Shown here piece after piece: positions 38,327 to 46,544 of a DNA stretch of 49,504 nt (the first letter of the stretch is position 1; the number at the start of each line of letters is the position of its first letter). A model generated the notes under the pieces. It was not told where the DNA came from. It searched no databases and was given only the letters and a program-made list of their open reading frames with translations. A program made the translations under genes and the position numbers. This DNA is from Paracoccaceae bacterium. GTDB taxonomy: Bacteria; Pseudomonadota; Alphaproteobacteria; Rhodobacterales; Rhodobacteraceae. The DNA lies in assembly GCA_041655055.1 (NCBI GenBank), contig JBBAGE010000001.1:1-49504 (forward strand), in the 5' to 3' direction.

Positions 38327-40099
38327 ATGAGCGAGCCGTTTTCCTCGATCGATGATCCCGCGCGGATCGAAGCGCAAATGCCTTGGGCGGACCGCGATGT
38401 GGCGCGCTCGGTCTATCAGCTTGTGCGCCGCGCGCGTGATCGCCATGGCGCGGCCCCGGCGGTATCATTTCAGATCCTGTCCGACCCCAAATCCAAGGCC
38501 GAAACCCTGACCTGGCATGATCTGCATGATCAGGTGACGCAGGCGGCAAATCTGTTCCGCTCGGTGGGCGTGGGGCCGGGGGATGTGGTTGCCTGCCTGC
38601 TGCCCAATTGCCACGAAGCGCTGATCACCCAGTTGGGGGCCGCGGTGGCGGGGGTTATCTGCCCGATCAATCCGCTGCTCGAACCCGAACAGATTGCCGC
38701 GATCCTGCGCGAAGTGGGGGCAAAGGTTCTGGTCACGCTGCGGCCCTTTCCGCGCAGCGATGTCGCGCAAAAGGCGGCCGAGGCCCTGCGCCATGCCCCC
38801 GACCTGCACCACCTGTTCGAAGTTGATCTGGCGCATTATCTATCGCCGCCGCAACGCTGGCTGTTGCCGTTGCTGCGCCCGCGCCGCGCCCGCCACCACG
38901 CGCATCGGCGCGATTTCGCGACCGCGCTGGCCATGCAGCCCACCAGCCTGCAATTTCCCGATCCGCCCGAGGATCGCATCGCCGCCTGTTTCCACACCGG
39001 CGGCACCACCGGCATGCCCAAAGTGGCGCGCCACCGCGTTTCGGGGATGATCTATAACGGCTGGCTGGGCCATACGCTGCTGTTCACGCCCGATGATGTC
39101 GTGATGTGCCCGCTGCCGCTGTTTCACGTCTTTGCCTTTCAGGTGATCGTGATGGGCGCGCTGAGTTCCGGGGCGCATGTGGTGCTGCCCACGCCTGCGG
39201 GCTATCGCGGCGAGGGGGTGTTTGACAATTTCTGGGCCTTGCTTGAACGCTGGCGCGTGACCTTTATCATCACGGTGCCCACGGCGATTGCCGCGCTGAT
39301 GCAGCGCCCGGTGAATGCGGATCTGTCCACGGTCAAGATCGCTTTTTCGGGGTCGTCGGCGCTGCCGCTTGAACTGCTGCGCCGGTTTGAATCCACAACC
39401 GGCATCACGCTGGTCGAGGGTTACGGCCTGACCGAGGCCACCTGTCTGGTGTCGTGTAACCCGGTCAGCGGCCAGCGCAAGCCCGGTTCGGTCGGGTTTC
39501 GCTTTCCCTATACGGATGTGCGGATCATGGCCGATGTGCCGGGCGCCGCCCCGCGCCCCTGCGGCGTGGACGAAGTGGGCGAGATCTGCATCGCCAGCCC
39601 CGGCGTCGCCCCCGGCACGATTTACGCCACCCCGGCGCAGAACCGCGATCTGTTCCATCCCGGCGGCTATCTGCGCACCGGCGATCTGGGCCGGATCGAT
39701 GGGCAGGGCTATCTGTTCATCACCGGACGCACCAAGGATGTGATCGTGCGCGGGGGCCATAATATCGATCCCGCCACGATTGAAGATGCCCTTGCCGGCC
39801 ATCCCGAGGTCGCGCTGGTCGGCGCCATCGGTCAGCCCGATGCCTATGCGGGCGAAATCCCCTGCGCCTATGTCGAACTGGTGGCAGGGGGCAGTGCGAG
39901 CCCCGAGGAATTGCACGCCTATGCTGCCCGCCATGTGCCCGAGCGCGCGGCCATCCCGCGCCATATCGAAATCCTGCCGGAATTGCCGAAAACGGCCGTG
40001 GGCAAGGTGTTCAAACCCGATCTGCGCCGCCGCGCGATTGCGCGCGTTTATGATCAGGCGCTGGCTACGCAGGTGTGGACGCCCGCGTGGCCGAGGTGA
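38327..40099 (+). CDS. AMP-dependent acyl-CoA synthetase/ligase
   Basis: AMP-binding motifs FHTGGTTGMPKV, GYGLTE, LRTGDLG and LPKTAVGKVFKPDLRR. See the finding on the out-of-frame coding-like tail after 40063. Confidence 0.85.
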   Translation: MSEPFSSIDDPARIEAQMPWADRDVARSVYQLVRRARDRHGAAPAVSFQILSDPKSKAETLTWHDLHDQVTQAANLFRSVGVGPGDVVACLLPNCHEALITQLGAAVAGVICPINPLLEPEQIAAILREVGAKVLVTLRPFPRSDVAQKAAEALRHAPDLHHLFEVDLAHYLSPPQRWLLPLLRPRRARHHAHRRDFATALAMQPTSLQFPDPPEDRIAACFHTGGTTGMPKVARHRVSGMIYNGWLGHTLLFTPDDVVMCPLPLFHVFAFQVIVMGALSSGAHVVLPTPAGYRGEGVFDNFWALLERWRVTFIITVPTAIAALMQRPVNADLSTVKIAFSGSSALPLELLRRFESTTGITLVEGYGLTEATCLVSCNPVSGQRKPGSVGFRFPYTDVRIMADVPGAAPRPCGVDEVGEICIASPGVAPGTIYATPAQNRDLFHPGGYLRTGDLGRIDGQGYLFITGRTKDVIVRGGHNIDPATIEDALAGHPEVALVGAIGQPDAYAGEIPCAYVELVAGGSASPEELHAYAARHVPERAAIPRHIEILPELPKTAVGKVFKPDLRRRAIARVYDQALATQVWTPAWPR

Positions 40100-40341
40100 T
40101 CGAAGACCGCCAGCGCGGGCTGATCGCCCGGTTGACCGGCACCGCCAGCGATACCGAAATTACCCAAGTGCTGGGCAGTTTTACCCGCCCGTGGGAACGC
40201 CGCGGCTAAGCACCGCCAAAATCGTTGTCGGAACGCCAACTGCATGTTAGCATCAGATTGTTTTCCAAGACGTTAATTTTGATCATCGGATTTTAGCGGG
40301 CCGCGCCCCGATTTTGCCGGCCCCGCCCAAGCGAGTGGTGC

Positions 40342-41799
40342 ATGGTACGATCTGTTTCATTAGCGATGCTTTATGGTGCCGCATTTTTCGCGATGATTTG
40401 GCCGGGGCTTTGGAACGGCCAGTATTTTTGGTTTCACGACAGCCTGGCCTATCTAAGTGGCGGACAACAGGCGGTGAACCTGGTGTGGCCTTTTGCATCG
40501 GCATTGGGCGATGCGCTTGCAACCACCCGGATCGGGATCGCGGCCGAGTTTGCCGAAATATCGGGTGGCGCAAAAGATACTGTCGCCGGGGGGCGGTCGG
40601 TTTATTATGGGGCTTTGATTTTTCTGACGGGCGCTATTGGCACGCTTTGGCTGGGCGTGGCGCTGCAAACCCTGCTGCTTATGGCGGTCATTCATATCGC
40701 CCTTTGGCCCGTTCTGGCGCGGCAGTGTTTTGCAATTCCGATTGTGATGATATTTGTCGGGGTCGCGACGGCGGCCAGCTTTTTCACCGTCTATTTGATG
40801 CCCGATATTTTTGCCCCCATTGCAATATTGGCAAGCGCAAGCCTTATTGCTTTCTGGCAGAACCATTCGGTTCCCGCGCGTATCTTTTTGACAGTTGCGG
40901 TTGCGCTAAGTTGTATGTTCCACAACAGCCATATTCTTTTGGTTTTTCTGATACTGGTTATCAGCGCGGCGGTTCAGGTGTTTAGCCGCATACCTGATTT
41001 CATGCGATCCGCCAGCGTGATTGCCGCATCAATCATCATCGGCTTGGGCGCTATTGTGGCCACATCTATTGCAACCGAACGGAATTTGGGAAAGCGGCTG
41101 GCCTCGCCGCCCTTTTTAACCGCGCGTGTATTGGCGGACGGGCCGGGGGTGGCTTATCTGGCCGATTCGTGCCCCAATTCGGGTTTTGTGCTATGCGCAC
41201 GTCTGGATCATTTGCCGGTGGACAGCGACACATTCTTGTGGAGCACCGATCCCGAGCGCGGCATTTACAAATCGCTTTCATTTCCAGAACGCGAAGCCTT
41301 GCGCGATGAACAGGTTCGCTTTGTCATTGGTGCAGTTTCCTTTGCCCCCGAGGAGCAGATCCTTGCGTCAACCGGCAATTTCATGTCTCAGCTCGTGATG
41401 TTCGACGTTACCGAATTTGCATATTCGCCGGGATTGTTGGCAGATTTATCTGCACGTCTGCCGAAAGATATCGCCGGCAAAGCCCAAGAAAGCAGGCTGG
41501 GCCGCAGCGTTTTCGATTTGGCCGCCGTTAGCAGGGCGCAGCTTGGCATCGTTATTATTGCCATGGCGGGGCTTTTATTAGTTTTTGCCAACCCCACCTT
41601 GCGAAACTCGGTGTTCACACCAAACGCGCCCAAAGGGCTGGGCTTGTTTGCATTCCTGATCATTTTTGGCATCGTCGCGAATGCCGCCGTAACCGGTATC
41701 CTGTCAACGCCCCATGACCGATATGCCGCGCGGGTGATCTGGCTGTTGCCGCTTTTGGCGGCGGTTTTGTTTCTGACAACAAGAAAGGAGACCCCATGA
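40342..41799 (+). CDS. Polytopic membrane protein, candidate GT-C-type glycosyltransferase (acceptor-specific partner of the GtrB/GtrA-like genes)
   Basis: 485 aa with many TM helices flanking a soluble segment of about 150 aa (ERNLGKRL...SRLGRSVFD). I recognise no family motif. The assignment rests on its position, translationally coupled (ATGA at 41796-41799) to the GT2 gene. The locus has lower GC. Confidence 0.45.
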   Translation: MVRSVSLAMLYGAAFFAMIWPGLWNGQYFWFHDSLAYLSGGQQAVNLVWPFASALGDALATTRIGIAAEFAEISGGAKDTVAGGRSVYYGALIFLTGAIGTLWLGVALQTLLLMAVIHIALWPVLARQCFAIPIVMIFVGVATAASFFTVYLMPDIFAPIAILASASLIAFWQNHSVPARIFLTVAVALSCMFHNSHILLVFLILVISAAVQVFSRIPDFMRSASVIAASIIIGLGAIVATSIATERNLGKRLASPPFLTARVLADGPGVAYLADSCPNSGFVLCARLDHLPVDSDTFLWSTDPERGIYKSLSFPEREALRDEQVRFVIGAVSFAPEEQILASTGNFMSQLVMFDVTEFAYSPGLLADLSARLPKDIAGKAQESRLGRSVFDLAAVSRAQLGIVIIAMAGLLLVFANPTLRNSVFTPNAPKGLGLFAFLIIFGIVANAAVTGILSTPHDRYAARVIWLLPLLAAVLFLTTRKETP

Positions 41800-42776
41800 A
41801 GGATCAAGAGGCCGATTTTCTTGTGGTAGATCAAAGCTTTGCGCATTTGTTTGAAGTTGCTGTGATCATTCCCTGTTATAACGAGGCGGCCGCAATTGGC
41901 AAAGTTATCGCCGATTTTCGCCATTATTTACCCGATGCGAAAATATATGTTTACGATAATAATTCCACCGACGACACAGCCGCTGTCGCGCGCAAAGCCG
42001 GCGCGATCGTGCGACACGAATATCGGCAAGGAAAAGGCTTTGTCATTCGCCGCATGTTCGCCGATATCGAGGCCGATATCTATATCATGGTCGATGGTGA
42101 TGATACCTATGATGCCTCCATTGCACCAAATATGGTCAAATTGATGATCGATCAGGGACTTGATCTGGTGAATGCCACAAGGAATGAAGGCGGACAAAGC
42201 ATCTATCGCCCGGGTCATCGGTTTGGCAATGTCATGCTTTCCACGATGGTGGCCTTGATCTTTGGGCAGGGGATTAAGGATATGCTGTCGGGATACAGGG
42301 TGTTTTCCCGCCGTTTTGTCAAATCATTCCCGATCATGTCGCAAGGTTTTGAAATTGAAACCGAGTTGACGGTGCATTCGCTTGAACTTGCCATGCCCAT
42401 GGGCGATGTTCCCTGCCGGATCACGGATCGCCCGGCCGGTTCAACCAGCAAACTTTCGACATTTCGCGATGGTTGGCGGATATTGGTGATGATCCTGTCC
42501 TTGCTCAAGGAAGAAAAGCCATTCGCATTCTTTGGCGGCATTGCCATCGCACTGGTGCTGCTATCGCTGGCGCTGGGGCTTCCGGTGATCATGCATTATT
42601 TCGATACTGGCACGGTCCCGCGTTTGCCGACCGCATTACTGGCGGCATCGATCATGCTGGTGGCGTTCATGTCATTCGCGATGGGGTTGATTTTGCAGAC
42701 GGTGACACGGGGCCGCAAGGAAATGAAGCGGCTGCATTATCTGGCAAGCCCCGGGATCAGCGCCGGCCCGTTATGA
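41796..42776 (+). CDS. Family-2 glycosyltransferase, polyprenyl-phosphate sugar synthase type (GtrB/ArnC/DPM-like)
   Basis: VIIPCYNEAAAIGKVI, YVYDNNSTDDT and the DxD motif MVDGDDTYD. Two C-terminal TM helices (FFGGIAIALVLLSLALGLPVI and LLAASIMLVAFMSFAMGLIL) are typical of GtrB-type enzymes. RBS aaaggag. Confidence 0.85.
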   Translation: MKDQEADFLVVDQSFAHLFEVAVIIPCYNEAAAIGKVIADFRHYLPDAKIYVYDNNSTDDTAAVARKAGAIVRHEYRQGKGFVIRRMFADIEADIYIMVDGDDTYDASIAPNMVKLMIDQGLDLVNATRNEGGQSIYRPGHRFGNVMLSTMVALIFGQGIKDMLSGYRVFSRRFVKSFPIMSQGFEIETELTVHSLELAMPMGDVPCRITDRPAGSTSKLSTFRDGWRILVMILSLLKEEKPFAFFGGIAIALVLLSLALGLPVIMHYFDTGTVPRLPTALLAASIMLVAFMSFAMGLILQTVTRGRKEMKRLHYLASPGISAGPL

Positions 42777-43171
42777 TGCGCGGCACCCAATTCCTGCGAT
42801 TTCTGATCGTTGGCAGCATCGGATTCATTATCGATGCGGGCCTGCTTGTGCTGCTGGTTTATCGCGGCATCGATCCCTATTGGGGTCGTGTGATCAGTTT
42901 TGCCTGCGCGGTGGGGGTGACATTCCTGTTGAACCGCGCATGGACCTTTCGCGAAATTCATTCAAGCGGCAAAACCAGTCAGGCCATGCAATATATCCTG
43001 ACGCAAATCTTTGGCATGGCGATCAATTACGCGATATATGCGTCCGTCATTCGCACAGTGGGAACGGCACCAATCGCCGCCTTATTCGGCGTGGCCGCCG
43101 GATCAATGGTCGCGCTGATATTCAATTACAACGTCAACCGCTTGTGGGTATTTCCCGCGCGGGGCCGGTAG
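42773..43171 (+). CDS. GtrA-family small membrane protein (putative polyprenyl-phosphate-sugar flippase)
   Basis: 132 aa with 4 TM segments. RFLIVGSIGFIIDAGLLVLL...NRAWTF is the GtrA-like signature. Its ATG overlaps the GT2 stop (atgatg at 42773). Confidence 0.8.
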   Translation: MMRGTQFLRFLIVGSIGFIIDAGLLVLLVYRGIDPYWGRVISFACAVGVTFLLNRAWTFREIHSSGKTSQAMQYILTQIFGMAINYAIYASVIRTVGTAPIAALFGVAAGSMVALIFNYNVNRLWVFPARGR

Positions 43172-43206
43172 TGGCGCGGCAGCTTTGGCCGCCGCGCCAT
43201 GTTGTT

Positions 43207-44217
43207 TTATTCGCTCCGTGCGGCGCCGATCACCACATTGTCGAACGATGCTGGGCCATAATCCTTTTCCGAAGTGGTGGTTTGCAGATCCAGCAACCGC
43301 TGCCACAAAACTTCGGTCGTGGCGCCGCCGCGCAGGAATGCATTGGTGGCCTGTTCATAGCCATCATCCCAAAGCGCCTGATCCATATCGGGAAAGAATT
43401 CGGCCTTGATCGCGGCGGATGAGGCCTCGGGATCATCAATCAGCCGGTCGATGGCATCGCTATAGGCCGCCTGAACCGCGGCGACCCGTTCGGGGTTTTC
43501 CTCGACCCATTCGCGGCGGGCGAACACGGCGACAAAGGGCAGGCCGTCATATTCTTCGACATCGCCGCGCGCGAGGCTGATCCAGCGCACGCCTTCGCCA
43601 TCCACCAAAAGCTGCGCGAGCGAACCAAAGACCCAGAATGACCCGTCAAGCTGGTTGTTGCGGATCGCCTCGATCATCGCGGGCACTTCGCCAAGGGTGC
43701 GGTAATTCAGATCGTTCCATGACAGATCCACCGTGCCCAGCATGGCATCGCCCAGCGTATAAAGCGCCGATCCCGGCGCCGCGGTCGAGATATTAAGCCC
43801 CTCAAGCGCGCGGATACGCTCATCCGCTGGGGCGTCGGGCGAAATACCAAGCTCGGCCACCTTGTCATCGGACAGGATCACCTCGCCGCTGGGGCCGGAC
43901 ACCGCGACGATCGCCACAAGATCTGCGCCTTCGGCGATTGCATCGGTGCCCGTGGTCGTGCCCACCTGGCACAGGTCGGCCGAGCGCGACAACAGCGCCG
44001 CGATGCAGTTGGGCGAGGCCCCGCGCAGGTCGGTTACCTGCAGATCAAGCCCATGGGTGGCAAAGATCGAGGGATCGGCAGCCGCAAGCGCAATCGGCCC
44101 ATGCGCGATATTGATGGCTGCGGCGGCGACATGCACGCTTTCCTGCGCCATGGCCGCGCCGGTGATAAACCCGATAGACGTCGCCGCGGCGGCCAATTGT
44201 CCGAATTTCTTCATCAT
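43207..44217 (-). CDS. Periplasmic substrate-binding protein, NMT1/SsuA/TauA-like (NitT/TauT-family ABC)
   Basis: Signal peptide MMKKFGQLAAAATSIGFITGAAMAQE. About 336 aa with a type-II PBP-like composition. The family call is by general resemblance only. No permease or ATPase is adjacent. Confidence 0.6.
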   Translation of the reverse strand: MMKKFGQLAAAATSIGFITGAAMAQESVHVAAAAINIAHGPIALAAADPSIFATHGLDLQVTDLRGASPNCIAALLSRSADLCQVGTTTGTDAIAEGADLVAIVAVSGPSGEVILSDDKVAELGISPDAPADERIRALEGLNISTAAPGSALYTLGDAMLGTVDLSWNDLNYRTLGEVPAMIEAIRNNQLDGSFWVFGSLAQLLVDGEGVRWISLARGDVEEYDGLPFVAVFARREWVEENPERVAAVQAAYSDAIDRLIDDPEASSAAIKAEFFPDMDQALWDDGYEQATNAFLRGGATTEVLWQRLLDLQTTTSEKDYGPASFDNVVIGAARSE

Positions 44218-44287
44218 GATGTCCTCTTTCCGGCCCGGCAGTTGCCGTGGCGTTGAACGATCCGGCGATTGTGCCCGAATCGCGGCG

Positions 44288-44355
44288 AGAAACAAAGGGG
44301 GCGCGAAAGTTTCTGTTCAATTACATCAACTTGTTCTGCCAAAGGGGAACAACTT
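44288..44355. promoter_or_regulatory. Two inverted repeats in the divergent SBP/BCCT promoter region
   Basis: agaaac-N15-gtttct spans 44288-44314. aacttgttc-N10-gaacaactt (8/9 complementary) spans 44328-44355. Both were read directly and are candidate operators. Confidence 0.3.
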
Positions 44356-44451
44356 GGAGCACGCGGAAGTTTTGGGGGCCGGCGGAGCAGGGCAAAGCCC
44401 TCGTATACTTGCCCCCACGGAACAAAGCCCGTGCGGCGCGGTTTCCTTGCC

Positions 44452-46065
44452 ATGTCCAGCGCCTTTCGTCAGCCTGTTTTCCTCATTTCCGTCTTTCTGA
44501 TTGCCTGCCTGCTGATCGCGGGGGCGGCCTTTCCGGCCGCGTTCGAGATCGGCGCGAATGCGGCGCTCGCATGGGTGACCCGGACCTTTGGCTGGTTTTA
44601 CCTGCTGTCGGTTTTTGGATTCGTAGCGGTGCTGGTCTATCTGGGCTTTTCCAAATATGGCGAAACCCGGCTGGGGCCGCCCGATTCCACGCCCGAATTT
44701 TCCTATTATTCCTGGGTGGCGATGCTGCTGGCGGCAGGCTTTGGGATCGGGCTTGTGTTTTATGGCGTCGCCGAACCCATGAGCCATTTCGCCCGGCCGG
44801 CCGAACCTTCGGTCACGCGCGAAACCGCTGAAGCGGCGCGGCGTGCGATTCAATACAGCTTTTTCAACTGGGGGCTTAGTCAATGGGCCGCCTTTTCCAT
44901 CGTTGGGCTGATCATCGGCTTTTACCAGTTCCGCCGTGGCCAGCCGGGGCTTGTTTCGGTCGTCATGCGCCCGCTAACGGGGGAAACCGATGCCAAGCCG
45001 GGCAAGATCGGCGGTGCGCTTGATGTGTTTGCCACGGTGGCCACGGTGATGGGGGTGGCGACATCGCTCGGGCTGGGGGTGTTGCAGATCAATGGCGGCA
45101 TGGCGTTTTTGTTCGGCCTGCCCGAGGGGTTCACCTGGCAGGCAATCATCCTCGTGTTCGTGGCGGTGGCCTATATGATCTCGGCCTCGACCGGGCTGGA
45201 CAAGGGCATCCGCATTCTGTCGAGCATCAACCTCGGGCTTGCGATGGCGCTTATGGTCTTTGTGCTTGTGTTTGGCCCGACCATCGCGATCCTGCGGACG
45301 TTGGTGCAGGGCCTGGGCGATTATCTGCAGTATTTTTTCGAGATGAGCCTGAATGCCGATGCCTATGACAATCCCGAATGGGTCGGGTCATGGACGATTT
45401 TCTATTGGGCTTGGGTGATTTCATGGTCGCCCTTTGTCGGCACCTTTGTCGCGCGCATTTCGCGCGGGCGCACGATCCGCGAATATGTCATCGGCGTTCT
45501 GGTCATGCCGCCGCTGATCGCCGCGGTCTGGATCGGCATCTTCGGCGGCGCGGCACTGACGCTGGAATTGCAGCAAGAACCCGGTCTGGCGCTGGCGGTG
45601 CAGCAAAACATCACCACCGCGCTGTTTAAACTGCTTGAACTTTTGCCCATGCCAATGGTGACCTCGGTTTTTGCGATGTTGCTGATTTTGGTGTTTCTGG
45701 TGACTTCGGCGGATTCGGCATCCTATATCGTCGCGCAACTGACCGATCAGGGCAGTATCAACCCGCCGCTGGCCAAGCGGTTGGTCTGGGGTGGTCTGAT
45801 CGCGGCGATCTGCCTGACGCTGATCGCAACCGGCGGGTTGCAGGGGCTGCAAGCTGGCGTGATCATTGCGGCGCTGCCGTTCACGGTCATCCTCTATCTC
45901 ATGGTGTGGGCGCTGTTTCGCGAATTGGCCGCAGACCGCGCAACGGCCTTGGCCGCGCTATACGAGGCCCACGACCAAACACCCGTCGGCGCGACGATCG
46001 AGGAAGCGCGGCGCTTGGACGAAGAGGGGGAGAGGCCGGCAGACGATAATGAGGTTGCAGATTGA
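44452..46065 (+). CDS. BCCT-family transporter (betaine/carnitine/choline/DMSP-type osmolyte carrier)
   Basis: The hallmark BCCT tryptophan-rich TM8 signature WTIFYWAWVISWSPFVGTFVARISRGRTIRE is present. About 537 aa with 12 TM segments. Start trimmed to ATG 44452. Confidence 0.9.
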   Translation: MSSAFRQPVFLISVFLIACLLIAGAAFPAAFEIGANAALAWVTRTFGWFYLLSVFGFVAVLVYLGFSKYGETRLGPPDSTPEFSYYSWVAMLLAAGFGIGLVFYGVAEPMSHFARPAEPSVTRETAEAARRAIQYSFFNWGLSQWAAFSIVGLIIGFYQFRRGQPGLVSVVMRPLTGETDAKPGKIGGALDVFATVATVMGVATSLGLGVLQINGGMAFLFGLPEGFTWQAIILVFVAVAYMISASTGLDKGIRILSSINLGLAMALMVFVLVFGPTIAILRTLVQGLGDYLQYFFEMSLNADAYDNPEWVGSWTIFYWAWVISWSPFVGTFVARISRGRTIREYVIGVLVMPPLIAAVWIGIFGGAALTLELQQEPGLALAVQQNITTALFKLLELLPMPMVTSVFAMLLILVFLVTSADSASYIVAQLTDQGSINPPLAKRLVWGGLIAAICLTLIATGGLQGLQAGVIIAALPFTVILYLMVWALFRELAADRATALAALYEAHDQTPVGATIEEARRLDEEGERPADDNEVAD

Positions 46066-46114
46066 TCGCTGCAAAGCGGTGTCACCTATCGTCTGTTCGG
46101 AAGGGCGCGGGAAA

Positions 46115-46189
46115 TGGTGCTGTGAGAGAGGATTGAACTCTCGACCTCTCCCTTACCAAGGGAGTGCTCTGCCACTGAGCTACCACAGC
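46115..46189 (-). tRNA. tRNA-Thr (anticodon GGU)
   Basis: The reverse complement reads gctgtggtagctcagtggcagagcactcccttggtaagggagaggtcgagagttcaatcctctctcacagcacca. The anticodon stem is ctccc/gggag with loop ttggtaa (GGU), and the T-arm is gagag-ttcaatc-ctctc. CCA is encoded. Confidence 0.9.
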
Positions 46190-46355
46190 CTGATCGGTTG
46201 CCGTAAACGGCGCCGGTGGGCGGCTGATTAGACGCTATTGGCGCGCGGTGCAAGCCTGTTTGCAGAAAATTCTTTGCCCATTGGTGCGCGCGATGCTGCC
46301 GGGGCAGGCGGGTTGATTCTGGACGCTTGCGGGGCGCTGGGTTACAGGACATGGG

Positions 46356-46532
46356 ATGAAGCAGAAAACGGGCAAATCGGCGGGGCGCGATCAGGCCGGG
46401 GGCCGCGAGGCGCGGCTCAAGGCGGCGCTCAAGGCCAATATGGCCAGGCGCAAGGCGCAGGCACGCGCGCGCGCGGCCGAGGCAGATGCTGCCAACCCGG
46501 CGCACCGTGCAGATGACAACGACAAAGAATAA
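46356..46532 (+). CDS. Small basic Ala/Arg/Lys-rich ORF (58 aa) upstream of murA; resembles small conserved alphaproteobacterial proteins (DUF4169-like, from memory)
   Basis: It is below the 60-aa cutoff of the ORF track. My translation is MKQKTGKSAGRDQAGGREARLKAALKANMARRKAQARARAAEADAANPAHRADDNDKE. It is co-oriented with murA and 12 nt upstream of it. Confidence 0.35.
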   Translation: MKQKTGKSAGRDQAGGREARLKAALKANMARRKAQARARAAEADAANPAHRADDNDKE

Positions 46533-46544
46533 AGGCGGCAGTGA

